From the human T2T-CHM13v2.0 reference genome, Homo sapiens, in the NCBI RefSeq assembly GCF_009914755.1, contig NC_060933.1: a stretch of 64,000 nt of DNA. One strand, written 5' to 3'. Below are positions 31,201 to 44,800 of this stretch, in pieces. Under the pieces are notes generated by a model. The model was not told the DNA's origin, searched no databases, and saw only the letters and a program-made list of their open reading frames with translations. Both the position numbers and the translations under genes were made by a program. Positions within the stretch are counted from its first letter, which is position 1. Every line of letters starts with the position of its first letter.

Positions 31201-32205
31201 GATGATTCCATTCCATTGCATTCCATTCCATTCCATTCCCCTGCACTCGGGTTGACTCCATTCCATTCACCTCCATTCCGTTCCATTCCATTCCATTGCA
31301 TTGTATTCGGGTTAATTCCATTCCATTCCATTCCATTCCATTCCATTCCATTCCATTCCATTCCATTACAATCGAGTTGATTCCATTCCATTCCATTCCA
31401 TTCCAGTCCTTTCCATTCCATTCCACTCGGGTTGATTCCATTCTATTAGTTTCCATTCCATTCCATTCCCTTCCATTCCACTCTGGTTGATTCCATTCCT
31501 TTCCATTCCACTCGAATACATTCCCTCCTATTCCACTCGGAACGATTCCATTCCATTCCATTCCATTCCATTCCATTCCATTCCATTTCGTTCCATTCCA
31601 TTCTATTCCGTACCATTCCATTCCATTCCATTCCATTCCATTCCATTCCATTCCATTCCATTGTACTCGGGTTGATTCTATTCCATTGCATTCCATTCCA
31701 TTCCATTCCATTCCATTCCATTCCGGATGATTCCATTCCATTGCATTCCGTTCCATTACATTCCCCTGCACTCGCGTTGATTCCATTCCATTCCATTCCA
31801 TTCCATTCAATTCCATTCCATTACAATTCGTTCCATTCCATTCTATTCCGTACCATTCCATTCCATTCCATTCCATTACATTCCATTCTATTCGGATTAA
31901 TTCCATTCCATTCCATTCCATTCCATTCTATTCCATTCCATTGCAATCGAGTTGAATCCATTGCATTTCATTCCATTCCATTCCATTCCATTCCATTCCA
32001 TTCCATTCCATTCCATTCTATTCCGGAAGATTCCATTCCATTGCATTCCATTCCATTCCATTCCTCTGCACTCGCGTTGATTCCATTCCATTCCATTCCA
32101 TTCCATTCCATTCCATTCCATTCCGTTCCGTTCCGTTCCGTTCCGTTCCATTCCATTCCATTCCATTCCATTCCGTTCCGTTCCATTCCATTCCATTCCA
32201 TTCTA
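25280..32205 (+). repeat. Three recent tandem higher-order units (~2801 bp; ~2192 bp with internal deletion; partial third)
   Basis: ORF offsets are 25340>28141 (2801), 28141>30333 (2192), 26894>29086 (2192) and 27398>29590 (2192). Shared rare variants are cgagttcatt (25691, ~28492, ~30684), gttgactccattccattcacctcc (~26253, ~31251) and ttcaattgcaatcg (28031, ~30223). Confidence 0.88.
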
Positions 32206-35200
32206 TTCCATTCCATTCCTTTCCATTCCATTCCGGATGATTCCATTCCATTGAATTGCATTCCATTCCATTCCCCTGCACTTGGGTTGATTCCATTCAA
32301 TTCCATTCCATTCCTTTCTTTACATTCCATTTCATTCCATTCCATTCTTTCGTGTTAATTCCATTCCATTCTATTCCATTCCATTCCATTGAAATCGAGT
32401 TGATTCCATTCCATTCCATTCCATTACATTCCATTCCATTCCGTTCCATTTCATTCTATTCGGGTTAATTCCATTCCATTCCATTCCACTCCATTCCAGT
32501 CCTTTGCATTCCATTCCACTCGGGTTGATTCCATTCTATTCCTTTCAATTCCATTCCATTCCTTTGCAATCGAGTTGATTCCATTCGAGTTGAATCCATT
32601 CCATTCCATTCCATTCCATTCCATTCCATTCCATTGCACACGTGTTCATTCCATTCCATTCCATTTCATTCCGGAAGATTCCATTCCATTGCATTCCATT
32701 CCATTCCATTCCCCTGCACTCGCGTTGACACCATTCCATTCCATTCCATTCCATTCCATTCCGTTCCGTTCCGTTCCGTTCCGTTCCGTTCCGTTCCATT
32801 CCATTCCAATCCATTCCATTCCATTCCATTCCGTTCCGTTCCATTCTATTCCATTCCATTCTATTCGGGTTAATTCCATTCTATTCCATTCGATTGCAAT
32901 CGTGTTGATTCCATTCCATTCCATTCCATTCCATTCCATTCCATTCCATTCCATTCCTTTCCATTCCATTACGGATGATTCCATTCCATTGCATTCCATT
33001 CCATTCCATTCCCCTGTACTCGGGTTGATTCCATTCCATTGCATTCCAATCCATGCCCTTCCACTCGTGTTGACTCCATTCTTTCCATTCCGTTCAAGTT
33101 GAATCCATTCCATTGCATTCCATTCCATTCGATTCCATTCGATTGCACTCGGGTTGATTCCATTCCATTGCATTCCATTCCATTCCATTCCATTCCATTC
33201 CATTCCGTTCCATTCCATTCCATTACATTCGGATTGATTCTATTCAATTCCCTTAGACTCCATTACGTTCCATTCCATTCGGGTAGTTTCCATTCCATTC
33301 CATTCCATTCCTCTCCATTCCATTGCACTCGGGTTGACTCCATTCCATTGCATTCCATTCCATTCCATTCAATTCCATTCCGTTCCATTCCATTCCATTA
33401 CATTCGGATTGATTCTATTCATCTCCCTTAGTCTCCATTACATTCCATTCCATTCGGCTTGTTCCATTCCATTCCATTCCATTCCACTCCATTCCATTGC
33501 ACTCGGGTTGATTCCATTCCATTCCATTCCTTTCCATTCCATTCCATTCCGGAAGATTCCATTCCATTGCATTCCATTCCATTCCATTCCCCTGCACTAG
33601 CGTTGATTCCATTCCATTCAATTCCATTCCATTCCATTCCTTTCTGTTCCATTCCATTCCATTCCATTCCATTCCATTCCGTTCCGTTATGTTCCATTCC
33701 ATTCAATTCCATTCTATTCTGGTTAATTCCATTCCATTCCATTCGATTGCAATCGAGTTGATTCCATTCCATTCCATTCAATTCCATTCCATTCCATTCC
33801 ATTCCATTCCTTTCCATTCCATTACGGATGATTCCATTCCATTGCATTCCATTCCATTCCATTCCCCTGTACTCGGGTTGATTCCATTCCATTCCATTCC
33901 AATCCATGCCATCCATGCCATTCTACTCGTGTTGATTCCATTCTTTCCATTCCATTCAAGGTGAATCCATTCCATTCCATTCCATTCCATTCCAATCCAT
34001 TCCATTCTATTCCGTTCCGTTCCGTTCCATTCCATTCCATTCCATTCTATTCGGGTTAATTCCATTCCATTCCATTCGATTGCAATCGAGTCGATTCCAT
34101 TCCATTCCATTCCATTCCATTCCATTCCATTCCATTCCATTCCTTTCCATTCCATTACGGATGATTCCATTCCATTGCATTCCATTGCATTCCATTCCAT
34201 TCCTATCCCCTGCACTCAGGTTGATTCCATTCCATTCCATTCCATTCCATTCCATTCTATTCCATTCCATTCTATTCGCGGTAATTCCATTCCATTCCAT
34301 TCCATTACCTTCCATTGCAATCGAGTTGATTCCATTCCATTCCGTTCCTTTCCATTCCATTCCATTCAAGTCCTTTCCATTCCATTCCAGTCGTGTTGAT
34401 TCCATTTTATTAGTTTCCATTCCATTCCATTCCCTTCTATTCCACTCTGGTTGATTCCATTCCTTTCCATTCCACTCGAATACATTCCCTTCTATTCCAC
34501 TCGGAATGATTCCATTCCATTCCGTTCCATTCCATTCCATTCCATTCCATTTCTTTCCATTCCATTCTATTCCGTACCATTCCATTCCATTCCATTCCAT
34601 TCCATCCCATCCCATTCCATTCCATTCCATGCCATTCCACTCGGGTTGATTCCATTGCTTTCCATTCCATTTGGGTTGAATCCATTCCATTCCGTTCCAT
34701 TCCATTCCATTACATTCGGATTGATTGTATTCAATTCCCTTACACTCCATTTCATTCCATTCCATTCGAGTTGTTTCCATACCATTCCATTCCATTCTAT
34801 TCCATTTCGTTCCATTCCATTCTATTCGGTACCATTCCATTCCATTCCATTCCATTCCATTCCATTCCATGCCATTCCAGTTTTGTTGATTCCCTTCCTT
34901 TCCATTCCATTCGGGTTGAATCCATTCCATTCCATTCCATTCCATTCCATTCCATTCCTTTCCATTCCATTGCACACGGGTTGATTCCATTCCATTCCTT
35001 TCTGTTCCATTCCGGATGACTCTATTCCATTGCATTCCATTCCATTCCATTCCCCTGCGCTCGGGTTCATTACATTCCATTCCATTTACTTCCATTCCAT
35101 TCCATTCCATTCAATTCCATTCTATTCGGGTTAATTCCATTCCATTCCATTCCATTCCATTCCATTCCATTCCATTCCATTCCATTCCATTGCATTCAAT

Positions 35201-35594
35201 TGCAATCGAGTTGATTCCATTCCATTCCATTCAATTCCGGATGATTCCATTCCATTGCCTTCAATTCCATTCCATTCCCCTGCACTCGGGTTGATTCCAT
35301 TCCATTCCATTCCATTCCATTCCATTTCATTCCATTCCATTTCGTTCCATTCCATTCTTTTTCGTTCCATTCCATTCCATTCCATTCCATTCCATTCCAT
35401 TCCTTTCCATTCTATTCGGGTTAATTCCATTCCATTCCATTCCATTCCATTCCGTTCCATTCAATTCCATTACATTCGGATTGATTCTTTTTAATTCCCT
35501 TACACTCCATTACATTCTATTCCATTCGGGTAGTTTCCATACCATTCCATTCCATTCCACTGCATTCTATTGCACTCGGGTTGATTGATTCCAT

Positions 35595-35800
35595 TCCATT
35601 GCATTCCATTCCATTCCATTCCTTTCCGGATGATTCCATTCCATTGCATTCCATTGCATTCCATTCCCCTGTACTCGGGTTGATCCCATTCCATTGCATT
35701 CCATTCCATTCCATTCCTTTCCGGATGATTCCATTCCATTGCATTCCATTGCATTCCATTCCCCTGTACTCGGGTTGATCCCATTCCATTGCATTCCATT
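35595..35800 (+). repeat. 95-bp tandem duplication
   Basis: cctttccggatga...gtactcgggttgatccc at 35621 and 35716. Confidence 0.85.
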
Positions 35801-38800
35801 CCATTCCATTCCATTCCGTTCCGTTCCATTCCATTCCCTTCCATTCTCTTCAGGTTAATTCCATTCCATTCCATTCCCTTCCATTCCATTCCATTCCATT
35901 CCATTCCATTCCATTCCATTCCATGCCATTACACTCGGTTTGATTCCATTCCTTTCCATTCCATTCGAGTTGAACCCATTCCATTCCATTCCATTCCATT
36001 GCATTCCACTTGGTTTGATTCCATTCCTTTCCATTCCATTCGGGTTGAAACCATTCCATTCCATACCATTCCTTTCGATTCCATTCCATTTCACTCGGGT
36101 TGATCCCATTCCATTGCATTCCATTCCATTCCATTGCATTCCATTCCGTTCCATTCCATTCCATTACATTCGTATTGATTCTATTCAATTCCCTTACCCT
36201 CCATTACATTCCATTCCTTTCGGGTTGTTTCCATTCCATTCCATTCCATTCCACTCCATTCCATTTCAATCGGGTGATTCCATTACATTCCATTGCATTC
36301 CATTCCATTCCATTCCATTCCGTATGATTCCATTCCATTGCATTCCATTCCATTCCATTCCTTTGCACTCGGTTGGATTCCATTCTATTCCATTCCATTC
36401 CATTCCATTCCATTCCATTCCATTCTATTCGGGTTAATTTCATTCCATTCCATTCCATTCCCTTCCATTGCATTCCATTCCATTCCATTCCATTCCATTG
36501 AAATCGAGTTGATTCCATTCCATTCCATTCCATTCTATTCGGGTTAATTCCATTCCATTCCATTCCATTCCATTCCCTTCCATTCCATTCTATTCCATTC
36601 CATTCCATTCCATTCCTTTCTATTAGGGTTAATTCCATTCCATTCCATTCCATTCTATTCCATCCCATTCCATTCCATTCCATTGCAATCGAGTTGATTC
36701 CATTCCATTCCATTCCATTCCATTCCATTCAATTCCATTGAACTCGGGTTAATTCCATTCCATTCCATTCCATTCCATTCCCTTCCATTCCATTCTATTC
36801 CATCCCATTCCATTCCAATCCATTCTATTAGGGTTAATTCCATTCCATTCCATTCCATTCCATTCCATCCCATTCCATTCCATTCCATTGCAATCGAGTT
36901 GATTCCATTCCATTCCATTCCATTCCATTCCATTCCATTCAATTCCATTGAACTCGGGTTGATTCCATTCCATTCCATGCCATTCCATTTCATTCCATTC
37001 CATTCCATTCCATTCCATTCCTTTCCGTTCCATTCCATTACATTCGGATTGATTATATTCAATTCCCTTACACTCCATTACATTCTATTCCATTCGTGTT
37101 GTTTCCATTCTATTCCATTCCATTCCACTCCATTCCATTGCACTCTGGTTGATTCCATTCCATTCCCTTCCATTCCGTATGACTCCATTCCATTTCATTC
37201 CATTCCATTGCATTCCCCTGCACTGGAGTTGATTATATTCCATTCCATTCCCTTCCTTTCCGTTCCACTCCATTCTATTCGGGTTAATTCCATTCCATTC
37301 CATTACATTAAATTCCCTTCCATTCCATTCCATTCCATTCCATTCCATTCCATTCCATTGCAATCGACTTGATTCCATTCCATTCCATTCCATTCCATTC
37401 CATTCCATTCCATTCCATTCCGGATGATTCCATTCCATTGCCTTCCATTCCATTCCATTACCATGCACTCGGGTTCTTTCCATTCCATTCCATTCCATTC
37501 CATTCCATTCCATTTCGTTCCATTCGATTCTATTCCGTACCATTCAATTCCATTCCATTCCATGCCATTCCATTCCATTCCAGTCCATGCCATTCCACTC
37601 GGGTTGATTTCATTCCTTTCCATTCTATTCGAGTTGTATCCTTTCCATTCCATTCCATTCCATTCGATTCCATTCCATTGCACACGGGTTCATTCCATTC
37701 CATTCCATTCCATTCCATTCCATTCCATTTCGTTCCATTCCATTCTATTCCGTACCATTCCATTCCATTCCATTCCATTCCAGTCCATTCCATGCCATTC
37801 CACTCGGGTTGATTCCATTCCTTTCCATTCCATTTGGGTTGAATCCATTCCATTCCATTCCATTCCATTCGATTCCATTACATTACACTTGGGTTGATTC
37901 CATTCCATTCCATTCCATTCCATTTCATTCCATTCCATTCCATTCCATTCCATTCCATTCCATTCCATTCCATACCATTCCATTCCATTCCATTCCATGC
38001 CATTCCACTCGGGTTGATTCCATTCCTTTCCATTCCTTTCGAGTTGAACCCATTCCATTCCATTCCATTCCATTCCATTGCACACGGGTTCATTCCATTC
38101 CATTCCATTCCATTCCATTTCGTTTTTTTCCATTCCATTCCGTACCATTCCATTCCGTTCCATTCCATTCCATGCCATTCCACTCGGGTTTATTCCATTC
38201 CTTTCCATTCCATTCGGGTTCAATCCATTCCATTCCCTTCCATTCCATTCGATTCCATTCCATTGCACTCGGGTTGATTCCATTCCATTCCATGCCATTC
38301 CATTTCATTCCATTCCATTCCATTCCATTCCATTCTATTCCGTTCCATTCCATTCAATTACATTCGTATTGATTCTTTTTAATTCCCTTACACTCCATTA
38401 CATTCCATTCCATTTGGGTACTTTCCATTCCATTCCATTCCATTCCACTGCATTCTATTGCACTCGGGTTGATTGATTCCATTCCATTGCATTCCATTCC
38501 ATTCCATTCCCCTGAACTCGGGTGGATTCCATTCCATTCCATTCCATTCCATTCCGTTCCATTCCATTCCATTCCATTCTGTTCAGGTTAATTCCATTCC
38601 ATTCCATTCCCTTCCATTCCATTCCATTCTATTCCATTCCATTCCATTCCATTCCCCTGCACTCAGTTTGATTCCATTCCATTCCATTCCATTCCATTCC
38701 GTTCCATTCCATTCCAATCCATTCTATTCGCATTAATTCCATTCAATTCCATTCCATTACATCCCATTGCAATCGAGTTGATTACATTCCATTCCATTCC

Positions 38801-41800
38801 ATTCCATTCAAGTCCTTTCCATTCCATTTCACTCGTGTTGATTCCATTTTATTAGTTTCCATTCCATTCCATTCCCTTCCATTCCACTCTGGTTGATTCC
38901 ATTCCTTTCCATTCTACTCGAATGCATTCCCTTCTATTCCACTCTGATTGATTCCATTCCATTCCGTTCCATTCCATTCCATTTCGTTCCATTCCATTCT
39001 ATTCCATTCCATTCCATTCCATTCCTTTCCATTCCATTCCGTTCCATTCCATTCCATTCCATTCCATTTCTTTCCATTCCATTCTATTCCATACCATTCC
39101 ATTCCATTCCGTTCCATGCCATTCCACTCGGGTTGATTCCATTGCTTTCCATTCCATTTGGGTTGAATCCATTCCATTCCATTCTATTCCATTCCATTCC
39201 ATTCCATTCCATTCCATTGCATTCCATTCCATTGCACTAGGATTGATTCCATTCCACTGCATTCCATTCCATTCCATTCCATTCCATTCCGTTCCATTCC
39301 ATTCCATTACATTCGTATTGATTGTATTCAATTCCCTTACACTCCATTACATTCCATTCCATTCGGGTTGTTTCCATTCCATTCCATTCCATTCCACTCC
39401 ATTCCATTGCAGTCGGGTTGATTCCATTCCATTCCATTCCATTCCCTTCCATTCCATTTCGTTCCATTCCATTCTATTCCATACCATTCCATTCCATTCC
39501 ATTCCATTCCATTCCATTCCATGCCATTCCAGTCGGGTTGATTCCATTCCATTCCATTCCATTCGGGTTGAAACCATTCCATTCCATTCCATTCCATTCC
39601 ATTCCATTCCGGATGATTGCATTCCATTGCCTTCCATTCAATTGCATTCCCCTGCACCCGGGTTGATTCCATTCAATTCCATTCCATTCCATTCCGTTCC
39701 ATTCCATTCCATACCATTCCATTCCATTCCATTCCATTCTATTCGGGTTAATTCCATTCCATTCCATTCCATTCCATTCAATTTCATTGCAATCGGGTTG
39801 ATTCCATTCCGTTCCATTCCATTGCATTCCATTCCATTCCATTCCATTCCATTCCATTCCATTCCATTCCACTCGGGTTGATTCCATTCCTTTCCATTCC
39901 ATTCGGGGTGAAGCCTTTCCATTCCATTCCATTCCTTTCGATTCCATTCCATTGCACTCGGGTTGATCCCATTCCATTGCATTCCATTCCATTCCATTCC
40001 ATTCCATTCCATTCCATTCCGTTCCATTCAATTCCATTACATTCGGATTGATTCTATTCAATTCCCTTAAACTCCATCACATTCCATTCCATTCGGGTTG
40101 TTTCCATTCCATTCCATTCCATTCCATTCCATTCCATTCCATTCCGTATGATTCCATTCCATTGCATTCTATTCCATTCCATTCCCCTGCAGTCGGGTGG
40201 ATTCCATTCTATTCCATTCCATTCCATTCCATTCCATTCCATTCCATTCCATTCCATTGAAATCGAGTTGATTCCATTCCATTCCATTCCATTCCATTCC
40301 ATTCCATTCTATTCGGGTTAATTCCATTCCATTCCATTCCATTCCATTCCATTCCATTCCATTCCATTCCATTCTATTAGGGTTAATTCCATTCCATTCC
40401 ATTCCATTCCATTCCATTCCATTCCATTACATTCCATTGCAATCGAGTTGATTCCATTCCATTCCATTCCATTCCATTCAATTCCATTGAACTCGGGTTG
40501 ATTCCATTCCATTCCATGCCATTCCATTTCATTCCAATCCATTGCCTTCCATTCCATTCCATTCCTCTGCCCTCGGGTTGATTCCATTCCATTCCATTCC
40601 ATTCCATTCCATTCCATTCCATTCCATGCCATTCCACTCGTGTTGATTCCATTACTTTCCATTACATTCGAGTTGAATCCATTCCATTCGATTCCATTCC
40701 ATTCGATTCCATTCCATTGCTCACGGGTTCATTCTATTCCATTCCATTCCATTCCATTCCATTCCATTCCATTCCATTCCATTTCGTTCCATTCCATTCT
40801 CTTCCGTACCATTCCATTCCATTCCATTCCACTCCATTCCATGCCATTCCACTCGGGTTTATTGCATTCCTTTCCATTCCATTCGGGTTGAATTCATTCC
40901 ATTCCATTCCATTCCATTCCATTCCATTCCATTACATTGCACTCGGGTTGATTCCTTCCATTCCATTCCATTTCATTCCATTCCCTTCCATTCCATTTCA
41001 TTCCATTCCATTCCATTCCCTTCCATTCCATTCCATTCCATGCCATTCCTCTCGGGTTGATTCCATTCCTTTCCATTCCATTCCAGTTGAACCCATTCCA
41101 TTCTTTTCCATTCCATTCCATTCCATTCTATTCCATTTCGTTTCATTCCATTCCATTACATTCGGATTGATTCTTTTTAATTCCCTTACACTCCATTACA
41201 TTCCATTCCATTCGGGTACTTTCCATTCCATTCCATTCCATTCCACTGCATTCTATTGCACTCGGGTTGATTGATTCCTTTCCATTGCATTCCATTCCAT
41301 TCCATTCAATTCCGGATGATTCCATTCCATTGCATTCCATTCCATTCCATTCCGCTGCACTCGGGTTGATCCCATTCGATTGCATTCCATTCCATTCCAT
41401 TCCATTCCGTTCCATTCCATTCCATTCCATTCAGTTCAGGTTAATTCCATTCAATTCCATTCCCTTCCATTCCATTCCATTCCATTCCATTCCATTCCAT
41501 CCCATTGCAATCGTTTTGATTCCGTTGCATTCCATTCCATTCCAGTCCATTCCATTGCATTCCATTCCATTCCATTCCATTCCATTCCATTGCATTCCAT
41601 TCCATTCCATTCCCCTGCACTCAGATTGATTCCATTCCATCCCATTCCTTTCCCTTCCATTCCATTCCATTCTATTCGCGTTAATTCCATTCCATTCCAT
41701 TACATTCCATTACATTCCATTGCAATCGAGTTGATTCCATTCCATTCCGTTCCATTCCATTCCATTCCATTCCACTTCGATCCATTCCATTCTATTCCGT

Positions 41801-44800
41801 ACCATTCCATTCCATTCCATTCCATTCCATTCCATTCCATGCCATTCCACTCGGGTTGATTCTATTGCTTTCCATTCCATTTGGGTTGAATCCAATCCAT
41901 TCCATTGCATTCCATTCCATTCCATTCCATTCCATTGCACTAGGTTTGATTCCATTCCACTGCATTCCATTCCATTCCATTCCGTTCCATTCCATTCCAT
42001 TACATTCGGATTGATTGTATTCAATTCCTTACACTCCATTACATTCCATTCCATTCGGGTTGTTTCCATTCCGTTCCATTCCATTCCATTGCACTCAGGT
42101 TGATTGCATTCCATTCCATTCCATTCCATTCCATTCCATTCCATTTCGTTCCATTCCATTCTATTCCGTACCATTCCATTCCATTCCATTCCATTCCATT
42201 CCATGCCATTCCACTGGGGTTTATTCCATTCCTTTCCATTCCATTCGGGTTGAATCCATTCCATTCCATTCCGTTCCATTCGATTCCATTCCATTCTGTT
42301 CAGGTTAATTCCATTCCATTCCTTTGCCTTCCATTCCATTCCATTCCATTCCATTGTAATCGAGTTGTTTCCATTGCATTCCATTCCATTACATTCCATT
42401 GCATTCCATTCCATTCCATTCCCCTGCACTCAGGTTGATTCCATTCGATTCCATTCCATTCCATTCAATTCCATTCCGTTCCATTCCATTCCATTCCATT
42501 CCATTCTATTCGTTTTAATTGCATTCCTTTCCATTCCATTGCATTCCATTGCAATCGAGTTGATTCCATTCCTTTCCGTTCCATTCCATTCCTTTCCATT
42601 TCGTTCCATTCCATTCTATTCCGTACCATTCCATTCCAGTCCATTCCATTCCATTCCATTCCGTTCCATTCCTTTCCATGCCATTCCACTCACGTTGATT
42701 CCATTTCTTTCCATTCCATTTGGGTTGAATCCATTCCATTCCATTCCATTCCATTCCATTCCATTCCATTCCATTCTATTCGGGTTAATTCCATTCCATT
42801 CCATTCCATTCCATTCTATTCCATTCCATTGCAATCGACTTGATTCCATTCCATTCCATTCCATTCCATTCCATTCCATTCCATTCCATTCCCTACCATT
42901 CCATTCTATTCCATTCCATTCCATTCCATTCCATTCTAGTAGGGTTAATTCCATTCCATTCCATTCCATTCCATTCCATTCCATTCCATTCCATTCCATT
43001 CCATTCCATTCCATTGCAATCGAGTTGATTCCATTCCATTCCATTCCATTCCATTCCATTCAATTCCATTGAACTCGGGTTGATTCCATTCCATTCCATG
43101 CCATTCCATTTCATTCCATTCCATTCCATTCCATTCCATTCCATTCCATTCCATTCCATTCCTTTCCGTTCTATTCAATTACATTCGGATTGATTCTATT
43201 CAATTCCCTTACACTCCAATACATTCTGTTCCATTCGTGTTGTTTCCATTCTATTCCATTCCATTCCACTCCATTCGATTGCACTCTGGTTGATTCCATT
43301 CCATTCCCTTCCATTCCGTATGACTCCATTCCATTTCATTCCATTGCATTGCTTTCCCCTGCACTCGAGTTGATTACATTCCATTCCATTCCCTTCCTTT
43401 CCGTTCCATTCCATTCTATTCGGGTTAATTCCATTCCATTCCATTACATTGCATTCCTTTCCATTCCATTCCATTCCATTCCATTCCATTCCATTCGATT
43501 CTATTCGGGTTAATTCCATTCCATTCCATTCCATTCCATTCCATTCCGTTACATTCCATTGCAATCGAGTTGATTCCATTCCATTCCATTCCATTCCATT
43601 CCATTCCGTTCCATTCCATTCCATTACATTCGGATTGATTCTTTTTAATTCCCTTACACTCCATTCCATTCCATTCCATTCGGGTACTTTCCATTCCATT
43701 CCATTCCATTCCACTGCATTCTATTGCACTCGGGTTCATTGATTCCATTCCATTGCATTCCATTCCATTCCATTCCCCTGCACTCGGGTTGATCCCATTG
43801 CATTGCATTCCATTCCATTCCATTCCATTCCTTTCCATTCCATTCCGTTCCATTCCATTCCATTCCATTCTGTTCAGGTTAATTCCATTCCATTCCATTC
43901 CCTTCCATTCCGTTCCATTCCATTCCATTCCATTCTGTTCAGGTTAATTCCATTCCATTCCATTCCCTTCCATTCCATTCCATTCCATTCCATCCCATTG
44001 CAATCTAGTTGATTCCATTGCATTCCATTCCATTCCATTCCATTGCAATCTAGTTGATTCCATTGCATTCCATTCCATTCCATTCCATTCCATTGCATTC
44101 CATTCCATTCCATTCCCTTGCACTCAGATTGATTCCATTCCATCCCATTCCATTCCATTCCGTTCCATTCCATTCCATTCCATTCTATTCGCGTTAATTC
44201 GATTCCATTCCATTCCATTACATTCCATTGCAATCGAGTTGATTCCATTCCATTCCGTTCCATTCCATTCCATTCCATTCCATTTCGTTCCATTCCATTT
44301 TATTCTGTACCATTCCATTCCATTCCATTCCATTCCATTCCATTCCATTCCATTCCATTCCATTCCATGCCATTCCACTCGGGTTGATTCCATTGCTTTC
44401 CATTCCATTTGGGTTGAATCCAATCCATTCCATTCCATTCCATTCCATTCCATTCTATTCCATTCCATTCCATTCCATTGCACTAGGTTTGATTCCATTC
44501 CACGGCATTCCATTCCATTCCATTCCGTTCCATTCCATTACATTACATTCGGATTGATTGTATTCAATTCCCTTACACTCCATTACATTCCATTCCATTC
44601 GGGTTGTTTCCATTCCATTACATTCCATTCCACTCCATTCCATTGCACTCAGGTTGATTCCATTCCATTCCATTCCATTCCATTCCATTTCGTTCCATTC
44701 CATTCTATTTCGTACCATTCCATTCCATTCCATTCCATTCCATGCCATTCCACTCAGGTTTATTGCATTCCTTTCCATTCCATTCGGGTTGAATCCATTC

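Larger units (their letters stand above)
1159..33560. promoter_or_regulatory. Dispersed perfect three-unit heat-shock element motifs (nTTCnnGAAnnTTCn), about 30 copies
   Basis: aTTCcgGAAgaTTCc e.g. at 3501-3515, 3601-3615, 30461 and 33546-33560; aTTCcgGAAtaTTCc at 1159-1173. The match to the HSF1 consensus is seen directly in the sequence; binding is not demonstrated. Confidence 0.55.
1..34180 (+). repeat. Sub-domain A of the HSat3 array (includes C modules)
   Basis: Recurrent motifs CAACTCCCTTACTCTCC, TCGGGTTGTTCC, CCGGAAGATT, GCACTCGCGTTG, TACGGATGA, CCAATCCATGCC and CAAGTTGAATCC. The last occurrences are at ~33.5-34.2 kb. Confidence 0.8.
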
